NCBI GenBank assembly: GCA_051362555.1
Contig: CM120644.1
Location: 17,568,534 to 17,632,533 of the forward strand
Direction: 5' to 3'
Length of the DNA: 64,000 nucleotides
Source: Lingula anatina
Taxonomy: Eukaryota > Animalia > Brachiopoda
A program made the position numbers and the translations under genes. Positions 27,951 through 49,320 of this stretch are shown piece by piece. How positions within the stretch are numbered: the first letter of the stretch is position 1; each line of letters opens with the position of its first letter. The notes under the pieces are model-generated. The model did no database searches, was not told the DNA's origin, and was given only the letters and a program-made list of their open reading frames with translations.

Positions 27951-28205
27951 ATTACTATTATTATTATTATTATTTTTATTATTATCTTTTGTCAATCTGG
28001 GCCTCATACAGGACAGTGTGGTGGGCCACAAATGTCCATCGTGCAGTCACTCGTGCAACGTGCTATGAGCCGTGCAAGCAAACGTGGTCACGACTTCCTT
28101 AATTAAATGTCTGTCCGAAATAAGTTTTGTCGCTAACACATATCCAGTTATCATTGACAATACAAAGGTTTTATACAACTACAAGTTTGTGGTAGAATGG
28201 TTGGA
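27951..28205 (-). repeat. Interspersed repeat with a (TAA)n tail; copy 2
   Basis: Direct homolog of 17517-17775. Confidence 0.6.
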
Positions 28206-30042
28206 AGTTATCATTGATCACTTTATTTCTACATTAACATTTTGCACACAAACACACGCCCGGACACATTAACATAAACACGCGCACGAAGGCTCTAGTT
28301 TCAAGATAAGACATACGGTAGTTGTCCAAACAATTCGAATGCTATAATTAATCCGACCACATAATTAATTTTCTAGAATTAAATTTTCATGGCCCAAACA
28401 ATTAGAACAAATGTGAAAATAATGCGGAGGAATGTTTTTCTTGTTTGAATTGCACCTGGTGCCCATTCTAATGTTGATAAAATAACATTATATTCATTTT
28501 GCTGATGACAGAAATTGTGAAATTGACGTAGAACTTAAAATAGCCGAAACATTGACTGCCATTTAAAAGGATAATTCCTGGTTAACAATTCGCCATCTAT
28601 ACAATACAACTCCATGCATCATTATAAAAAGCCATCTGTTAACTCACTCTTCCACGTGCACTTGGATAGATATGTATAAAACTATTGCCTTTTTAGTGGG
28701 ACTTGTAATAAAACCCTTAGTGTTAAAACCAATAAAGTACATGTAATGCTGATTTGAATGTTGATCGAATGCCAACAATTTCTGAATTTAAGGATAAAAG
28801 GAAAAGATTATTCACAGAAAATCCCCTCTCAAAACGTGTTTGATCACGTTTTCGATGCTATTCCTTTCAAATAACCATAATAGATTTCATATTTGCGTTT
28901 CATTCTAGAACCGCATTGTTTTCAAGTTGGCTTTTAATAAAAATCATTTCAACCAACACTGTGTAAAGGACCTAATGACGCATTTTAGATTATATCTTAT
29001 CAATTATTTCTCACAATTGAACGTCGGACGAGTCCCCAGAAAGTGTCAAAACTTCAACCACTGCTAGTTTTCAAAAATAAAAATCGATCTATTCTACGAG
29101 ACTTTGTATTTTACCTGTGACCCATATCATCATACCAATGACCTTGACCTATTATACAGGCCCCGTCTTATGTGAGCTCTCATATCAAGCTGTAAGACGT
29201 TCAGGGTCAACCTCAAGCACCTACATCTCACTGATAGTCGCATCGATCAAGGGGCAGCTAAGCAGGACTGGCCGTAACTGGACTGTTCGAATCAAGCTGT
29301 GATCACTTGGTGGAATTGACCAATTAAGCGTTCCAGTAGTAAGCCATTCCGCTAAAGGTATGTGGTTTTTATATAACTACAAAGAGCAAAGCTTGTTAAA
29401 TATTGTTTACTGCATTGCTTGTTTGACAGAAACTAGTAGTATTTAAAGTGAAACTAGATTTATACCTCCACTTAGAAATGTGAATGTGTTCATGTGACCC
29501 CAGTGTTAAAGCAGGTAATTGCAAGTCAAAACGCTCCAGTTGAATAACTCCTACAATAGAAGTGTAATGAAAGGACCTAATGGGTTTTTATCGTTTGCAA
29601 TGATGTTGAGAACACATTAAGCCTTTTAGATCGATACAGGGCATTTATCTGCAGTTTCACTGCAAGTACTTACATGTATATACAGCACCGTAGGCAGACA
29701 TTGTTTGTGCAATTGCTGATGTGTTCAGACGAAAAATTATATCAGCCCGTAGATTATCAGTCCCAAGATATATATTTGTCTGAAAGTTTCTTTATCCAAA
29801 CTTTACATTTGGAACACTTAAACTGCTATAGAAACCAGTTACAGTGGTTGCTGTAGAAACCTTTTCTGCCCCTGAGCAGCAGTGGCTTTTAGAATCCAAA
29901 ATAATCAAATAAATTCAATTCACAATGAATACAAACTTATCGAGCTCAACCTCTGGAAAATCAGGTCTTAACCATATGGATAAATATAAGCAAACATACA
30001 TGTGTTGGCCTATATGCAGTTTATACGCTCGTATTTTGCAGA

Positions 30043-31673
30043 ATGTCAGCAGACGACATTTCATCTGACGTCATCATACGCTCAGCGCGGCAGGATGATA
30101 TCCCGGGGATTTACTGCTTAGTGGAGGAGGCCCAATTCTTCACGAGTAAAGAAACGCTGTCAGCTATAATGGAGTACGTAGGAGAAGAAAACTTCATTGT
30201 TGCACAGCACTTGGGACAGCTGATTGGTGAGAGCCTACCATAATACACAATATTTTCCAAAAAAAAAAAAAAAAAAATCTTCAGCGTGGACTTTGAACCT
30301 GTTTCCAATGCTTTTTCTTTTATAGCCACTTTCTGTTTTTATTCACTCGTGCATCAAGAGGCCTTTTCTGTGTTAGTTTTAAAGCTTTTTGTCATGTGTC
30401 AGAGCCAGAGCAAAATTTATTGCAAACTCTTAAGATTTCTAGCTCAGTGTGTGCTTAAGGCCTATTTAGATGTTTTAGAACAACTAATGAAGCAACAATA
30501 TCTTAAATGTGGCAAATGTATAATAGTCACGTAATTGGCCTTATGATCAATAGACGAATTTGCCCGTGCACCTTAAAATAGCACGCCGTTTTATTGCAGG
30601 TTGCAGAGTTGCGGTAATGTTGAACGAGAGCACTGCGTTTGTCGGTTACTTCATCGTGACGAAGAAATATCGAGGAACAAAAGTCGGTAAGAATTTAGCA
30701 ACATTTTGTCAAGCAAAAAGCTAAATTTCCATTTTACCCTAAAACGCCCTTTTGCATGAGTACAATAAATAATTGCAAAATTGTATAATGATAGAATTTT
30801 TCTCTACTGTCATAAGGGTATTGGGGCAAAAGAAAATTATAATGTGCAGTATATTAGAAACGGCAAGAAATACGCTTCCAAATGTCACTAATCAGATCAG
30901 TTCGACAAACAATTCCATCCGCAAGGTAATAGGTATTTAGTAACAATTTTACAGTATTAGATGGTGTTAGGTCTACTGTCGTTTTTATTTAGCTTGCCTT
31001 TTACTTTATTTCTCAAGCCAAACGGATAGCCAGAAGAATTTTAGACATCGTTGGGGAAAGAAATCTGCTTCTGTGGAGCGTGGTTGAGAGGGTCCAAACC
31101 AATATGAAACTTGGGATGAAGCTTGCCTCGGGTAATTTCAAATCTATCATGGTTTGCACCGGTAAAATAGACATATCAAAGCTAAGAACAGGTGAAGTGT
31201 CAGACGACGCGTCTGATCCACCAATCAAAATCCTTCAAAAGAATGACGTCGACTTTGAAAGCTTATTTGCGTACGACACGTCTATCCACGGGTTCCCTAG
31301 GAGAAAATGTTTGGAAATTTGGCTAACAAAACCAACTTCTACCACTTTGGTAGCTGTAGCACGCGACGGGGCCGTAAAGGGTTACGGTGTCATCCAAGAC
31401 GCTCCTCATTATTTCCATCTCGCGCCACTTTACGCTGAATCATCTGCTGCAATGATGGCACTGCTTAAAGCTCTTTTGGAAACGATTCCAGAGGGCGCTG
31501 AGGTCGAGTTCTTTGAAAACCCTGCTTGTTCAACCGCCGCCAAAGTACTACAAGACAACAAAAACTCATTAACACAACTTTCAGAGATGAAATTGATGTT
31601 TTCTAAAGAAAATATCGTCATGCCAGATCCGGAGAGGGTGTTTGGAGTCGCCCACCCGATATTGCCAGTTTGA
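30043..31673 (+). CDS. GNAT-family N-acetyltransferase (YitH/HolE-like, tandem GNAT fold), about 308 aa
   Basis: Exons 30043-30226, 30600-30686 and 31018-31673 with GT-AG junctions and a continuous frame. N-terminal VIIRSARQDDIP; motif A FVGYFIVTKKYRGTKVA; C-terminal YDTSIHGFPR..GYGVIQ..LAPLYAES. Confidence 0.82.
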
Positions 31674-34600
31674 CTGAACTCTCGAAAAACATTCAGAAAA
31701 CAAGATTTCTTCACTATTAAATGATGCCCCATTCATCGTAAAACAAGACGTAACTATATTTCCTCGTGCCAATTGCAAGTTCTTTTTTTTCGGGGGGGGG
31801 GGGGGGGGGGGGTACATGTACCATGTGTAGGAAACTGAATTTGTCATTAATTGCTACAATTCCAAGAAGAAATTTTACTATTCTAAATTGCAAGCAGCTT
31901 GGAGATAATCTGAGATAGACCTTTGAATGAATAGTTTCAACGAAAAAGACATATAAAGAAATGTTCCTCCTCCCTCATCCTGGATCCGCTTACTGTGTAT
32001 ATATCAGGCCAGAGCCCTTTTCAGCGCTTTGGAAACAAAAATCACAAATATGCTCTTTTCTAAAATTTAAAGTGAAATACTCCAAGTTTCATAACTGACA
32101 GCAAGCAGGGTAAACCAGGAAATTTTGCCGCACTCTCCATCTTGAAACCAGCATAAACTGATGAAGACATTGTAGTTGTTGTGATAAAGCACATCTCCTA
32201 CATTCATTCACATAATGACACGTGCGATTATATTATGTGCACTGGAATTTTTGTACTACCTTGGTGATGATTGATGACATAACTGACTGTGAAGAGTTTT
32301 GGATGTCGCAGTGAACAATGAAGATTAACATTTCTCACATTTCTCACAAAATAATGCTGAGATTTTGTATACTGAAGATATAACATTTTGGATATGGTAT
32401 TTTGGACGTCTGCAAGTAGCACAATAGAATTACCCTGAGTTCCAGAGATGACTGAAACCATCATAAGCATGCCGCTTACAGCACGCCAGGGCTACATAGA
32501 TAAGCAAAGTCGAGGAAAGGCATAATTTGGAATTCACAAAGCACATTTAACATTTCTGCCATTCCTTAAACTATTAATCGATCTACGGAAACACTGTGTT
32601 GAATGAAATAAAGTGCAAACTCACGGGGCACCACACTCAATGAAAAGTTACCACTTATGCAAATGTACGTTGCATCAGAAGTGCTGAATCACCCGGCTCC
32701 TCAAGCACAATAAGGGTAAACCGCTAGTGAAAACAGTTTAAGTTATTTCTACAACTAGGGATAATGGGATCAAGAACATTAATATTTAATGGCGAAGATA
32801 TCAAGGAACGTAAAATCCGACATTATTATATTTGGCAGAATGGATAACAAAAACATGAACACCAGATGACATATCGGTAATGATCTCGCTAAAACAGTGA
32901 ATGTAAAACGGGTGTCAAACTGTCGTAACATGAAGATTGAGCAGGCTTTGCAATCTGTACATTAGCTAGCTAGATTAGACACGTAACTGATTATGCTTTC
33001 GACCAAAACATCAGTGAGCGGACGAAAGGCTAATGCAGAAAATCTCTTTGATCGCTAAATGTTTAATGGAACTGCCAAATAACGTGCTTAGCTAATGCTT
33101 TCAAAGTTGTCCCTCAGCTGACGTAATTGTAAGTCGAAGTACTTGGAAAAGCATTGCTTGTATTTTGTACCCGTGAGAGACATTCAATCATATATTGTGC
33201 TGGCTCTTGAACGATATTAGACGTTGAAACTCAGCTGGGAATCTCAACAAAGAGCGGGTTCCTAAAGGGTGTAACCAAACCAGAAGTGATTGTAAACTGG
33301 GTCCGTTCTAGGAGTCATCTCCCTAAACCATTTTAGTTGGTTTTCATTATTAAATTGGAAAAGGATAAAACTGAGATAGTTCACTTAACATGGCAACGTC
33401 CTAAAGCTTACTCTATTTGCTTTTTGTGTAAAAGTTGCAGTGTACTCATTAAGTGGATATCTACTGTAATACAGGGGTATAATTGGTCAAAGGGATAGAC
33501 TAAAATATTTCTGAAACAACCAAATCAGTTGTTAATTTACTTTGTCGACCGTTACGTCTTCTAGGCATGGCGTGTATTAAAGGACCACATGTACAATGAG
33601 AGTACAACATTTTAAAACAGAATTTTTAATTTGCTTGTTTTAATATGTATAGTTAATGTTTATTTCCTCGGTCACTAAATTATGATTGTCCATGAAATAA
33701 CGACCTATAAATCTGCTTTTGCATCCTTTTATTCCGATTTTTGACTCAGTCTCGTACCGGAAATAGAGTATGGAGAATTTCACTCGTGGTGGTAATAATT
33801 TGAAAATGAATATTGTTACTGGATAATGGGTTTATAGAACGTTTTAAGGCATTTGGGAAAAAGTGCACCTTGGTGATAACAGAAAATTTGCTAAAACGTC
33901 TGGGGGGAAACATTGTTATTGCCACATGATACATAAAGCTTAATTAAGCGCGCATAGTACGCCTTTGAATTCAGACGATAGTGTAAGGTTAGAGAACCAC
34001 TATATGATTACACAACGAACCGATCACAATATTCACAGTAAAAAAATGTGGGAAAGATGCATCTTCATCATATTACAGAACAAAAATAACTTTTTTAACC
34101 ATATCCATGCATCACCCGCTGCCAAGCTGTTATCAGCAAAGCAAAAGTGATAAAAACACCATTATGACCGTTTGCTACCTATTTGTCAAATAGCATGCAT
34201 TATCCACGAGTTAGGACTAATAAAACCTTGTATTTTGATTAAACAAAGTGGCAGTCGATACATTACATCCATAATTTACCGTCTCATCCTTAAAAACTAC
34301 AGTGCACCATTGGGTAGGCCTACATTATAATTCCCCTTCAGAAAACTCATTTAATACTTGCCACCAGTGTTTTGTGTGATAATTGCCTCGCACCAGGAAA
34401 TATTACTCATTTGTAGCAAAACACTACAAACGAATGCGGGTAGCTGTTTGTATATCAGACAGGCATTTGATATATTTATATAACTGTTGGTGATTGGTAA
34501 AAACACATTCACTTTTGATGTACAGTTGTCGGGTTGAAGCGCATATATTTCAACGCATTCCTTGTTTCGGGATTACAGTAACGCTGTAATACTGTCATAA

Positions 34601-34832
34601 AATCTATGACGTAGAGTTTAACTCGCACTAAGTTCAGAGACGCGGAGACAAGGGGAAATAAGAGGTTCTTCCTGAAAAAAAAATACCATAATCAAGACGT
34701 CGGCCTTTCAGTTGTTATATTTTGACATACCTGATTGTGAAGGTACAGCAACTGTCAAAAAACTCTGTGTCAAATATACCGTGGTGTGTAAAAGAGAGTT
34801 GAGACTTATACGACAAGACCAACTTTTTTGCA

Positions 34833-35945
34833 ATGAAAACGTCTGGATACTCAAAAAATGAAACAGCTGGTATCTTCCGACCCCAACTTTGGTTTCTCGG
34901 TTTTGATCCCATGGAGATCACGGATGGCACCGTTGATTGCAACAGCGTTGTTCCGTTCACACCAACGAACGAGATACAACTGCAAGGAGCATATGGAGTT
35001 GCTTTATTTCTGTGTGCCGTTGGGCTTATAGAAAACTCCGTATCCGTTACGGCATTGTTTCAAACGAACAAACCCTGGCAGGCCCTCCATGTCATTTTGA
35101 TTTACCTGTCGGTTGCAGACTTGGGATTTATCTTCTTCAGCATCATCCACGCAGCCGCTGTACAGGTGCTCCACGTTTCCAGGAACCTTTCCCAAAACCC
35201 CACTTTGGTGTGTTTCAGCTTGGTAACCGCTGATCTGTGTGTGTTCGCTTTCCAATTGCCCCTCCTCGTGACAACGTACATTGTTCTGTATCAGACAATC
35301 TCGCTTGCTTTCCCGTTACGAAGCAACACGCTGGTGACTAAAAGAAGAATCGACATTGGTATGGCAGTTACATTCATCGTTGCGTGCTTGGTCCCGTTGA
35401 GTTTCCACGTTGTTAGTTTTGGAGAAGGCGGTACCGACTGCTGTTTGCATTACACCAAATTGAATGCGGCCGGTAAATCATGGTACTATGCCATTTTGTG
35501 TACTATTTTGGTTATTGCAAATATGGTTCTCTACGTGGTTCTGTTCCGCATTGCTAGAAAGATCGTAAGCAAGCATAACTACTACCCATCCAACGGGGAC
35601 ATCCAGCGAAATGCCACACTTGCTAAAAAGAATAAAAAGTTAATCATAACAGTTGTTATCTTATCCGCCAGTGTGGTTATTTGCTGGTTGCCGGCAGTTG
35701 TCACATTTTACATTAAGGCTTATATGGCAGCAAAAGACTTCGAGGTTAGTTTCCAGGTGGTTTTCACACAAGTCATCGCGGGGATAATCCCCATGCTGAA
35801 CGGAATCCTGGATCCCGTCATATACGGAGTCAGGCTACCGGAAGTGAGAGAGGGTTACAAGCGACTTCTGGAAAGGCTATGGAAATCGCGCCAAAAGGAT
35901 AAAAGGTGCCCACGCACAGTGACGACAGGCAACTCAAGTTTGTGA
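34833..35945 (+). CDS. Intronless class A (rhodopsin-like) orphan GPCR, 370 aa
   Basis: Seven hydrophobic segments; TM1 GLIEN, TM2 LSVADL, TM6 CWLP, TM7 LDPVIYG; N-terminal NET glycosylation site. Confidence 0.9.
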   Translation: MKTSGYSKNETAGIFRPQLWFLGFDPMEITDGTVDCNSVVPFTPTNEIQLQGAYGVALFLCAVGLIENSVSVTALFQTNKPWQALHVILIYLSVADLGFIFFSIIHAAAVQVLHVSRNLSQNPTLVCFSLVTADLCVFAFQLPLLVTTYIVLYQTISLAFPLRSNTLVTKRRIDIGMAVTFIVACLVPLSFHVVSFGEGGTDCCLHYTKLNAAGKSWYYAILCTILVIANMVLYVVLFRIARKIVSKHNYYPSNGDIQRNATLAKKNKKLIITVVILSASVVICWLPAVVTFYIKAYMAAKDFEVSFQVVFTQVIAGIIPMLNGILDPVIYGVRLPEVREGYKRLLERLWKSRQKDKRCPRTVTTGNSSL

Positions 35946-36520
35946 CAGTGTTTTAGTCTGCATGCATACTAAGCATCTTCTCTCCAAGATAGTAAAACAG
36001 TATGACATTTTTTGCCTAATACTTTACTTTCAATATGTGGCTTCCTTAAAATTTACAGTTCCTATAAAATATCTAAATCAATACAAGGATTTTCCATATG
36101 TGCGAATCAAAATAATATTGATGACTCGACAAGTTTTATTGAAACGATAAAAATCAGAGCGGCATTTCATCATTAGAAGTTTGTGTATTGATATTCATAC
36201 TGTAATTATCAAATCAAAGGAATATAGTGCCACAAGAAATCTGACTGAAAAGAAACAGGCATAACTCTTATGATCACCTTTAAATGTAGACGAAATAAAT
36301 GTAGTTTTTAGCAAAGTCCAATGGATTTACATTTCGATACATATATTCAGCAAATATTTTAGGATATGCACTGCTCAAAAGAACTTAGGAAACACCCGCC
36401 ATTAAAGAAGATATTTCAATTATGTGCTGTAATGTCACCTAAATGTACAAAGTTCTCCTTCAAAGTCACAATGACGATAATTGTTTTACTGAATGGCAAA
36501 ATGTCTGTCATTTCAAATAT

Positions 36521-41140
<4,620 letters not shown>

Positions 41141-44100
41141 TGTGGCCAGTTATCACTTTGCTTTCTGTTTCCAGTATTTGGGTCTGTAAAATAAAATGTC
41201 CACTTACAACAGTGCTTTAATGCAACAGTTCTTATTTTTTCCATTAAAAATATTAATTAAATAATATAAAATACTGATATGCTTCTTAAATGGGCTAGAA
41301 ATAAGCTCAGTATTGCTCACTGCGGTGACTTTACTACATACGCTGCTTAGACAGCATACACAACCAGTTGATCCGCAGACTAACAGAACCGCGGATCAGA
41401 TATGGCCGATCCACTTGAAACCTTGTCGCATAATCCCCTGAATAGTTTTCCCCCCGCGGGCAACTGCAGAGGGGAATTCGACCATACGTTAAAATGGAAA
41501 ACTTTCAGGTACAGAAGTGTAATTCTTGCTTTGAAAAATTCGATCAGCACTGGTTTTCTTTTTTTTTGGTTTTCTACAAGTTTAACATTGTTCTATACGC
41601 ATATATGTTGAAAAATTGAATGCAACTTCGAATTTATTCAATTTTTTGTAACTTCTCCATGTGAAATGCACCTCTGTTTTGGCTTTGGGTGTTTAAAGTA
41701 ATTTTTTAGCCGATTTATTGTGTTTTATAAGTCAAATTCAAACAGGACGAAATAAAAAAACCCATCCAGTCGACTAATCGATGTCCTAGCTTGCTGGCAA
41801 ACACCCTGCTTAATAGTGAATTGAAATTAAAGCGTTTGTACTACTAAATAGTTATTGGGGATGTTAGGCTGAAGATTATCCTGGCCGATTGCACTAAAAT
41901 TTACCATACAGAAATTATGTGGTGCAGGATAGAAAGATAGCGTGTCGGAGAACATTATAACAACAAAAAGATAAAATCCGCACAAAAAAGGACAGTGGGG
42001 CGCTTTTTGAGGTCAGATTTTCTTGATTCTTTGGAAAATTCCACAGATGTGCTGCGCAAGTGATCCATTAGCAAGTCACTTGCATTTGCGGTCAAGTGCA
42101 ACCAAGGACGAAAGTATTCTATTCGCGTCCTTGGTACGACTAAAATTCTTGTTGTCAGACCGCAGAAATTATTTTATTGTGCTAAGTAAGGCAAGTAGGT
42201 GTGTTGAACCCTGCACTCAAGCAATTTTATGGAGAAATAATAGGAAAAGGTTAGTTTTTAACGAAAGAAATCTTCTGGCCATGTCGGACAACTAAATTCA
42301 CACATTCTGAAGAATCTGAAATTTTAATGGCCGTTTGCGTCGGACCAATGGCTAACGTCACTGACTGGTATTCTACTTAATCCAGGCGGAGGGTTTTTTT
42401 ATTCAATTAAGCTGATTGCAGTCAGCGAGAGAGAGCTAGGTCGATCCATGTAGAGCGATGGTGTCTATGGGAATGGCGCCTAAATTGCGTTCTGTAGGAA
42501 GAATTTTATCTTTTTCCCTTTCAGATCAAAAGCCTCATTTTCACCGAGAACACACGAACCCGGTTTCGCGTGTCATAGTTTTCACGCAGGAAAAGCGTTA
42601 CATATCTGTTTCAATAAACAAATACGGTAGGTGAAAGCAATGTTCTCTTAAACAGCGAACTATAATAATAACTAACGGCAAATACATAACTTACCTGAAG
42701 TTTTGTGCTGGTGCTTCTTATCAAAAATACTTTCTGCGTAATTAGGAAATGTGTCGAACCTTCTCCGGTCTCCGTGCATAAGAGGGAGAGACTAGTGGCC
42801 TGGTCGCATACAAAGAAAATGTGCCAGCCGATAACCATTAAAAAACGGGTCATCAAGGGCGTCAGGCCACCCTTGACGTTCACGGGTCAAGTAACGGACC
42901 CATCAGCCTCTGCTAAAAAACAAAATGCTATCGATCTACTTATAAATGTGGAAAAATAAAATTAGATATGTATTTTGACTGTGCTATACGAAAATATAAT
43001 ATAAAAAAAATAGGGTCATGCGGTGTGAATATGCCACTTAAGTGTCAGAATAATAAAGTTTACTTGCCCCTATATTTATAGTATATGGCATGATCGTATT
43101 TGTCTTAGGCAGTAGATGGTGTATTTTTAATGCATATGGTCTTCGGTCATTTTGTGGAGATATGTATTCCATAGCTCACCCCTTCTGCCGGCAAGTGTAA
43201 TTTAAATCTGCTTGAAATGGTTAGTTCACCATATTGAATAACTTGGCATATGATTTTTTGCGTTTTTCTGGGCCATCACAATCTTTGTTCAGCTGGCACA
43301 TCAGAAACAGCGTGCATTCAAGAAACCAAAGATTTTTGTGCTCTGCTGACCATAAATACAAGAAGTATACTGTGATGCGGTCGTAAGCTCATCACCAAAC
43401 ATGAATCCAACCTAAACCATATTTCATGAATCCACTGGGGATGGGAAGAGTCAAAGCATAAAGTTAATCGGATGACATGTTATTTTGTGTGTAATTCTAG
43501 TCTTTATATGTGTCAGGACTACGCCTTTTAAAACATAAACATCAGTGTCTTTTTAGTCTAAGAAAAAAATGGTTTGACCCGGGACTAATTGCAAAAAAAT
43601 TGAAGTATGTTTTTTTAGTCTTTGGGTAGCCCATATGACTATACTAAAAATCTAGGAAAATCCATGTAGTGGGGTCGGGAACCGTTCTTTCAGCGTGGGA
43701 GTTCACACCCCTTGTAGTGGTTTTGTAAGACCTGGGTGCCAAACTTGACAGCCGTTTTCCAGTGAAATGCTTAACACTGACGGGTAGAAGCATACGAGTT
43801 TAGTAACAGAAATCAAAATGGAAAATACTCTTTTCAGTAGTTCTAAATAGTGATGTCTTTGACTGTATTTACATTTATCTGAAATGTGCCCCACATTTAT
43901 ATATATATAAATCCCAACTGATGACTGAATAAGTTTTATTGAAGCAATAAAATCAATGAGACATCTTATTAATTGAAATATATGTAAAGATATATGTAGG
44001 GATATACATCACATTGTCAATATACATTGGTAACTAATATTAGAGTAACCCATCTTACAGTACAAACTATATCCAAATATTAGATATAATACATTTCTCA

Positions 44101-44289
44101 GAATAGTACTAAATTTTATGGACCCCTGAATGATTTGTCATTATTCAAAATCCTGGAAATAAATAGTGATTTCAGCAACACGACTAGACCGTAACAAAAC
44201 TCACAAAACACTACACACAGAGATTAAGCCTGCTGTTTTTTTTTCAAGGATCACTTGTGCAGAACATTCACTTCAATAATTTAGACAGC

Positions 44290-44500
44290 ATTCAGACTTG
44301 CATCTCGTACTAGCTTGGTCGGTCCAACCAAGGGCTTAAGTGCAATCAGTGGAATCAGCTTAATTGTCTGGCACACCGTCCCTACAAGATAGGGGGTAGT
44401 TTAAACCATGTGCCGATTTAGCTGATTGCACTTCAGTGAGAATCCCCTGCAGAGCTGGACCGACCCAGCTTGTACGACGTGTGAATCTGAATGGGCCCTT
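44290..44500. mobile_element. MITE in the ARF-B 3' UTR region
   Basis: Imperfect TIRs CATTCAGAC..CGTACTAGCTTGGTCGGTCCA / TGGACCGACCCAGCTTGTACG..TCTGAATG. The interior resembles 50555-50780 and 42370-42450. Confidence 0.55.
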
Positions 44501-45285
44501 ACACAACGAAGTACACTAAATGGCCACTGTGATGAGGTATTTCTAGGGCTGAGTGGGTTGGGGACGGGGGCATGACTCTCCCTTTAGTTTCCCCAAATTT
44601 CCAAAAATTCTCTTTTTTTATTTCACATACAGACATGCCTGATGCAGCAAATACTTTACCCCATTAAGTTCATAACCTGGATTGACCAAGATGGGAACAA
44701 AAAGAGAATCAATAAAATATTACCACAAGGCCAAGTGTATAGTTCTCAGGACATTTTATACATTTTGTTATTGTTGCTCATTAACTCATGGTTTACATTT
44801 AAAGTCTAAGTAATACTATTATTCATAAGATATTAATCGAATAATTAAATCAAGGAATTCAGTGGCACAAAATATCTAATTCAGTAGAAACTGACATCAT
44901 TTTAAAAATCAGTTTTTGTTTGCTCTGCATTTGTTATTGTTTATAACGCTGTTATCGAATAAGATCCAATAACTAATCAGGGGACTCTTTCTTTTTTTCT
45001 TTTTAAGTGTACACTTCAACAGACTACAAAAATTATACCTAATTTTGTTAAGTTTTCATCTAAAAATCCTAGTTTAAGTTAAATAGGTTTCACGGAGAGA
45101 CATGAAAGGGCAATCCTGAAGAGAAAGTAACGGTTTGCATTTACTGACAGATGAGACGTAAAATCTTTTCGATCGAGTTCTTCTCTCAAGCCCAAATGAT
45201 GATGGTAATCGTTCATAGGTTTAAATTTGGCAGTGAAATGTCTTTCACTTCAAACACTGATATTTCCTAGCTCCTAAGGACTGTG

Positions 45286-47736
<2,451 letters not shown>

Positions 47737-49139
47737 TTATCTCTTTGCTTTTTGTTTCTGGTATTTGGGCCTGTAAAATAAAATGTCCATCATTTACAGC
47801 ATTGCTTTAAAAGCTAGAAGAGAAAGAAATAATTGCAAATGGTCTCATTTTCTATTAAAAGAAATATTGCTCCTTAAAATTCCAACTTAATATAGTTTAA
47901 GAGCAGCATCCTACACTTGATGCTGAACCTGCATTTTAGGATACAAGATTTTGCCTTGCACTGGGACACATATCAATAGGATCTATTCTAAATGATAATT
48001 TTAAACTTGGTGAAAGCACTAAAAAGGATATCACAAAATTCTCTTTAATAATGTAAATAACTCCCTTCTGGTTTTATAAACTTTCACATGTAATAACTAC
48101 ATATAACAATGTACTGTTTAGTTCAAACAAACAATTTCATCACAATCCCCGATTTCAATCTTGAGCTAGTTCACCTTCTCAAAAAGGAGGGTAATTTTTG
48201 TAGCAGTCAGTTGGTTAGATAGAAAGATACACTTGAAACAGATTCATATTAAATTTCTTGTTAATCTTGAAATAAATTATGTAATAAGATCAAAAAACAT
48301 TGATAGGCATGTTAAGAGCTTAACAGTAATTTTTTCAGCAAACAGCTTTTCCTGTTATTGATCCAACAATCAGATGGACAAATTTATCAATTTTATGCAT
48401 TGTTGGAGGTTTTTGATGAAATATTAACTATAAACAAAAACTCAAAAACATGGGTTAAGTCCCCTTTCCCTGTAAAAGAGCACTGAGAACTTAAGGTTCA
48501 ATAGCAGTTTAACTACGCATTGTAACTTGTGACTGCTTTTGGATGATACGCAATCTACACAGATAAATTTACAAAAAGGTTCCAATAAAAAAATAAATAA
48601 AAATAAAATTGAAATAATAAGAATAAAACCTTTTCTGGGACAAGACAGCATTAAGTATCAGCATGGTATTTTTCAGTTATCAATTGAGAAGTGCTGAAAT
48701 TTCGTTTTGGCAAATGTGTACAGTATCTAAATGTGTGGTCAATAACTTGTGAAGACATCAGAACACTGACAAAACAACAGATGTTAATCACTTCTAAAGA
48801 GTAATGTACGTACTACTACAAAAACTTGACAAACATACAAAGACATAAAACTTAAACACTAAACAAGGGTAATATAATGTTTTACTATTATCTTCTAAAT
48901 AAAGAGTATAAGGCCTTTTCTGAGTTCAGAGAAATTGAAAATGAAATAGACACGTAGCCGCTGTTCTCGATCAACAGCCGTCTCAAATTCAAAACTGCCG
49001 AGACGAGAACAATAACTGAAACTGTTAAAAATAAGATACACTGTACACAAGGCAGCTGCTAATTTTTGTGTACCTTTATCGATCGGGTTTTAGTCTTTCC
49101 GTAATCCCCACTAATTGTCAAGAACAACTTTGCTGTTAA

Positions 49140-49320
49140 CCACGCATCAGAACTCACAGGGCGCCGCCATTTTTTCTATCACGTGATAGGGATACGCAAT
49201 TTGCGCAATGTTTTGACCCCAATTGCGGGACATTGACGTGGCATGTAAAACGAAGGAACTTCCACGTCCGCCATTTTACGTTGTAACTGATTGACCGGTG
49301 GGTATATTTTGGTATGTAAA
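49140..49320. promoter_or_regulatory. Bidirectional promoter of ARF-B (-) and ARF-A (+)
   Basis: CpG-rich patch between the divergent genes. YY1-type CGCCATTTT at 49165 and 49269, palindromic E-box CTATCACGTGATAG at 49176-49189, TGACGTGGC at 49234, and 5' splice donors on both sides. Confidence 0.65.

Noticed and set aside
41290-43900. Possible transposon or promoter between ARF-C and ARF-B
   Set aside because: No convincing TIR/TSD pair or ORF; only a candidate splice donor.
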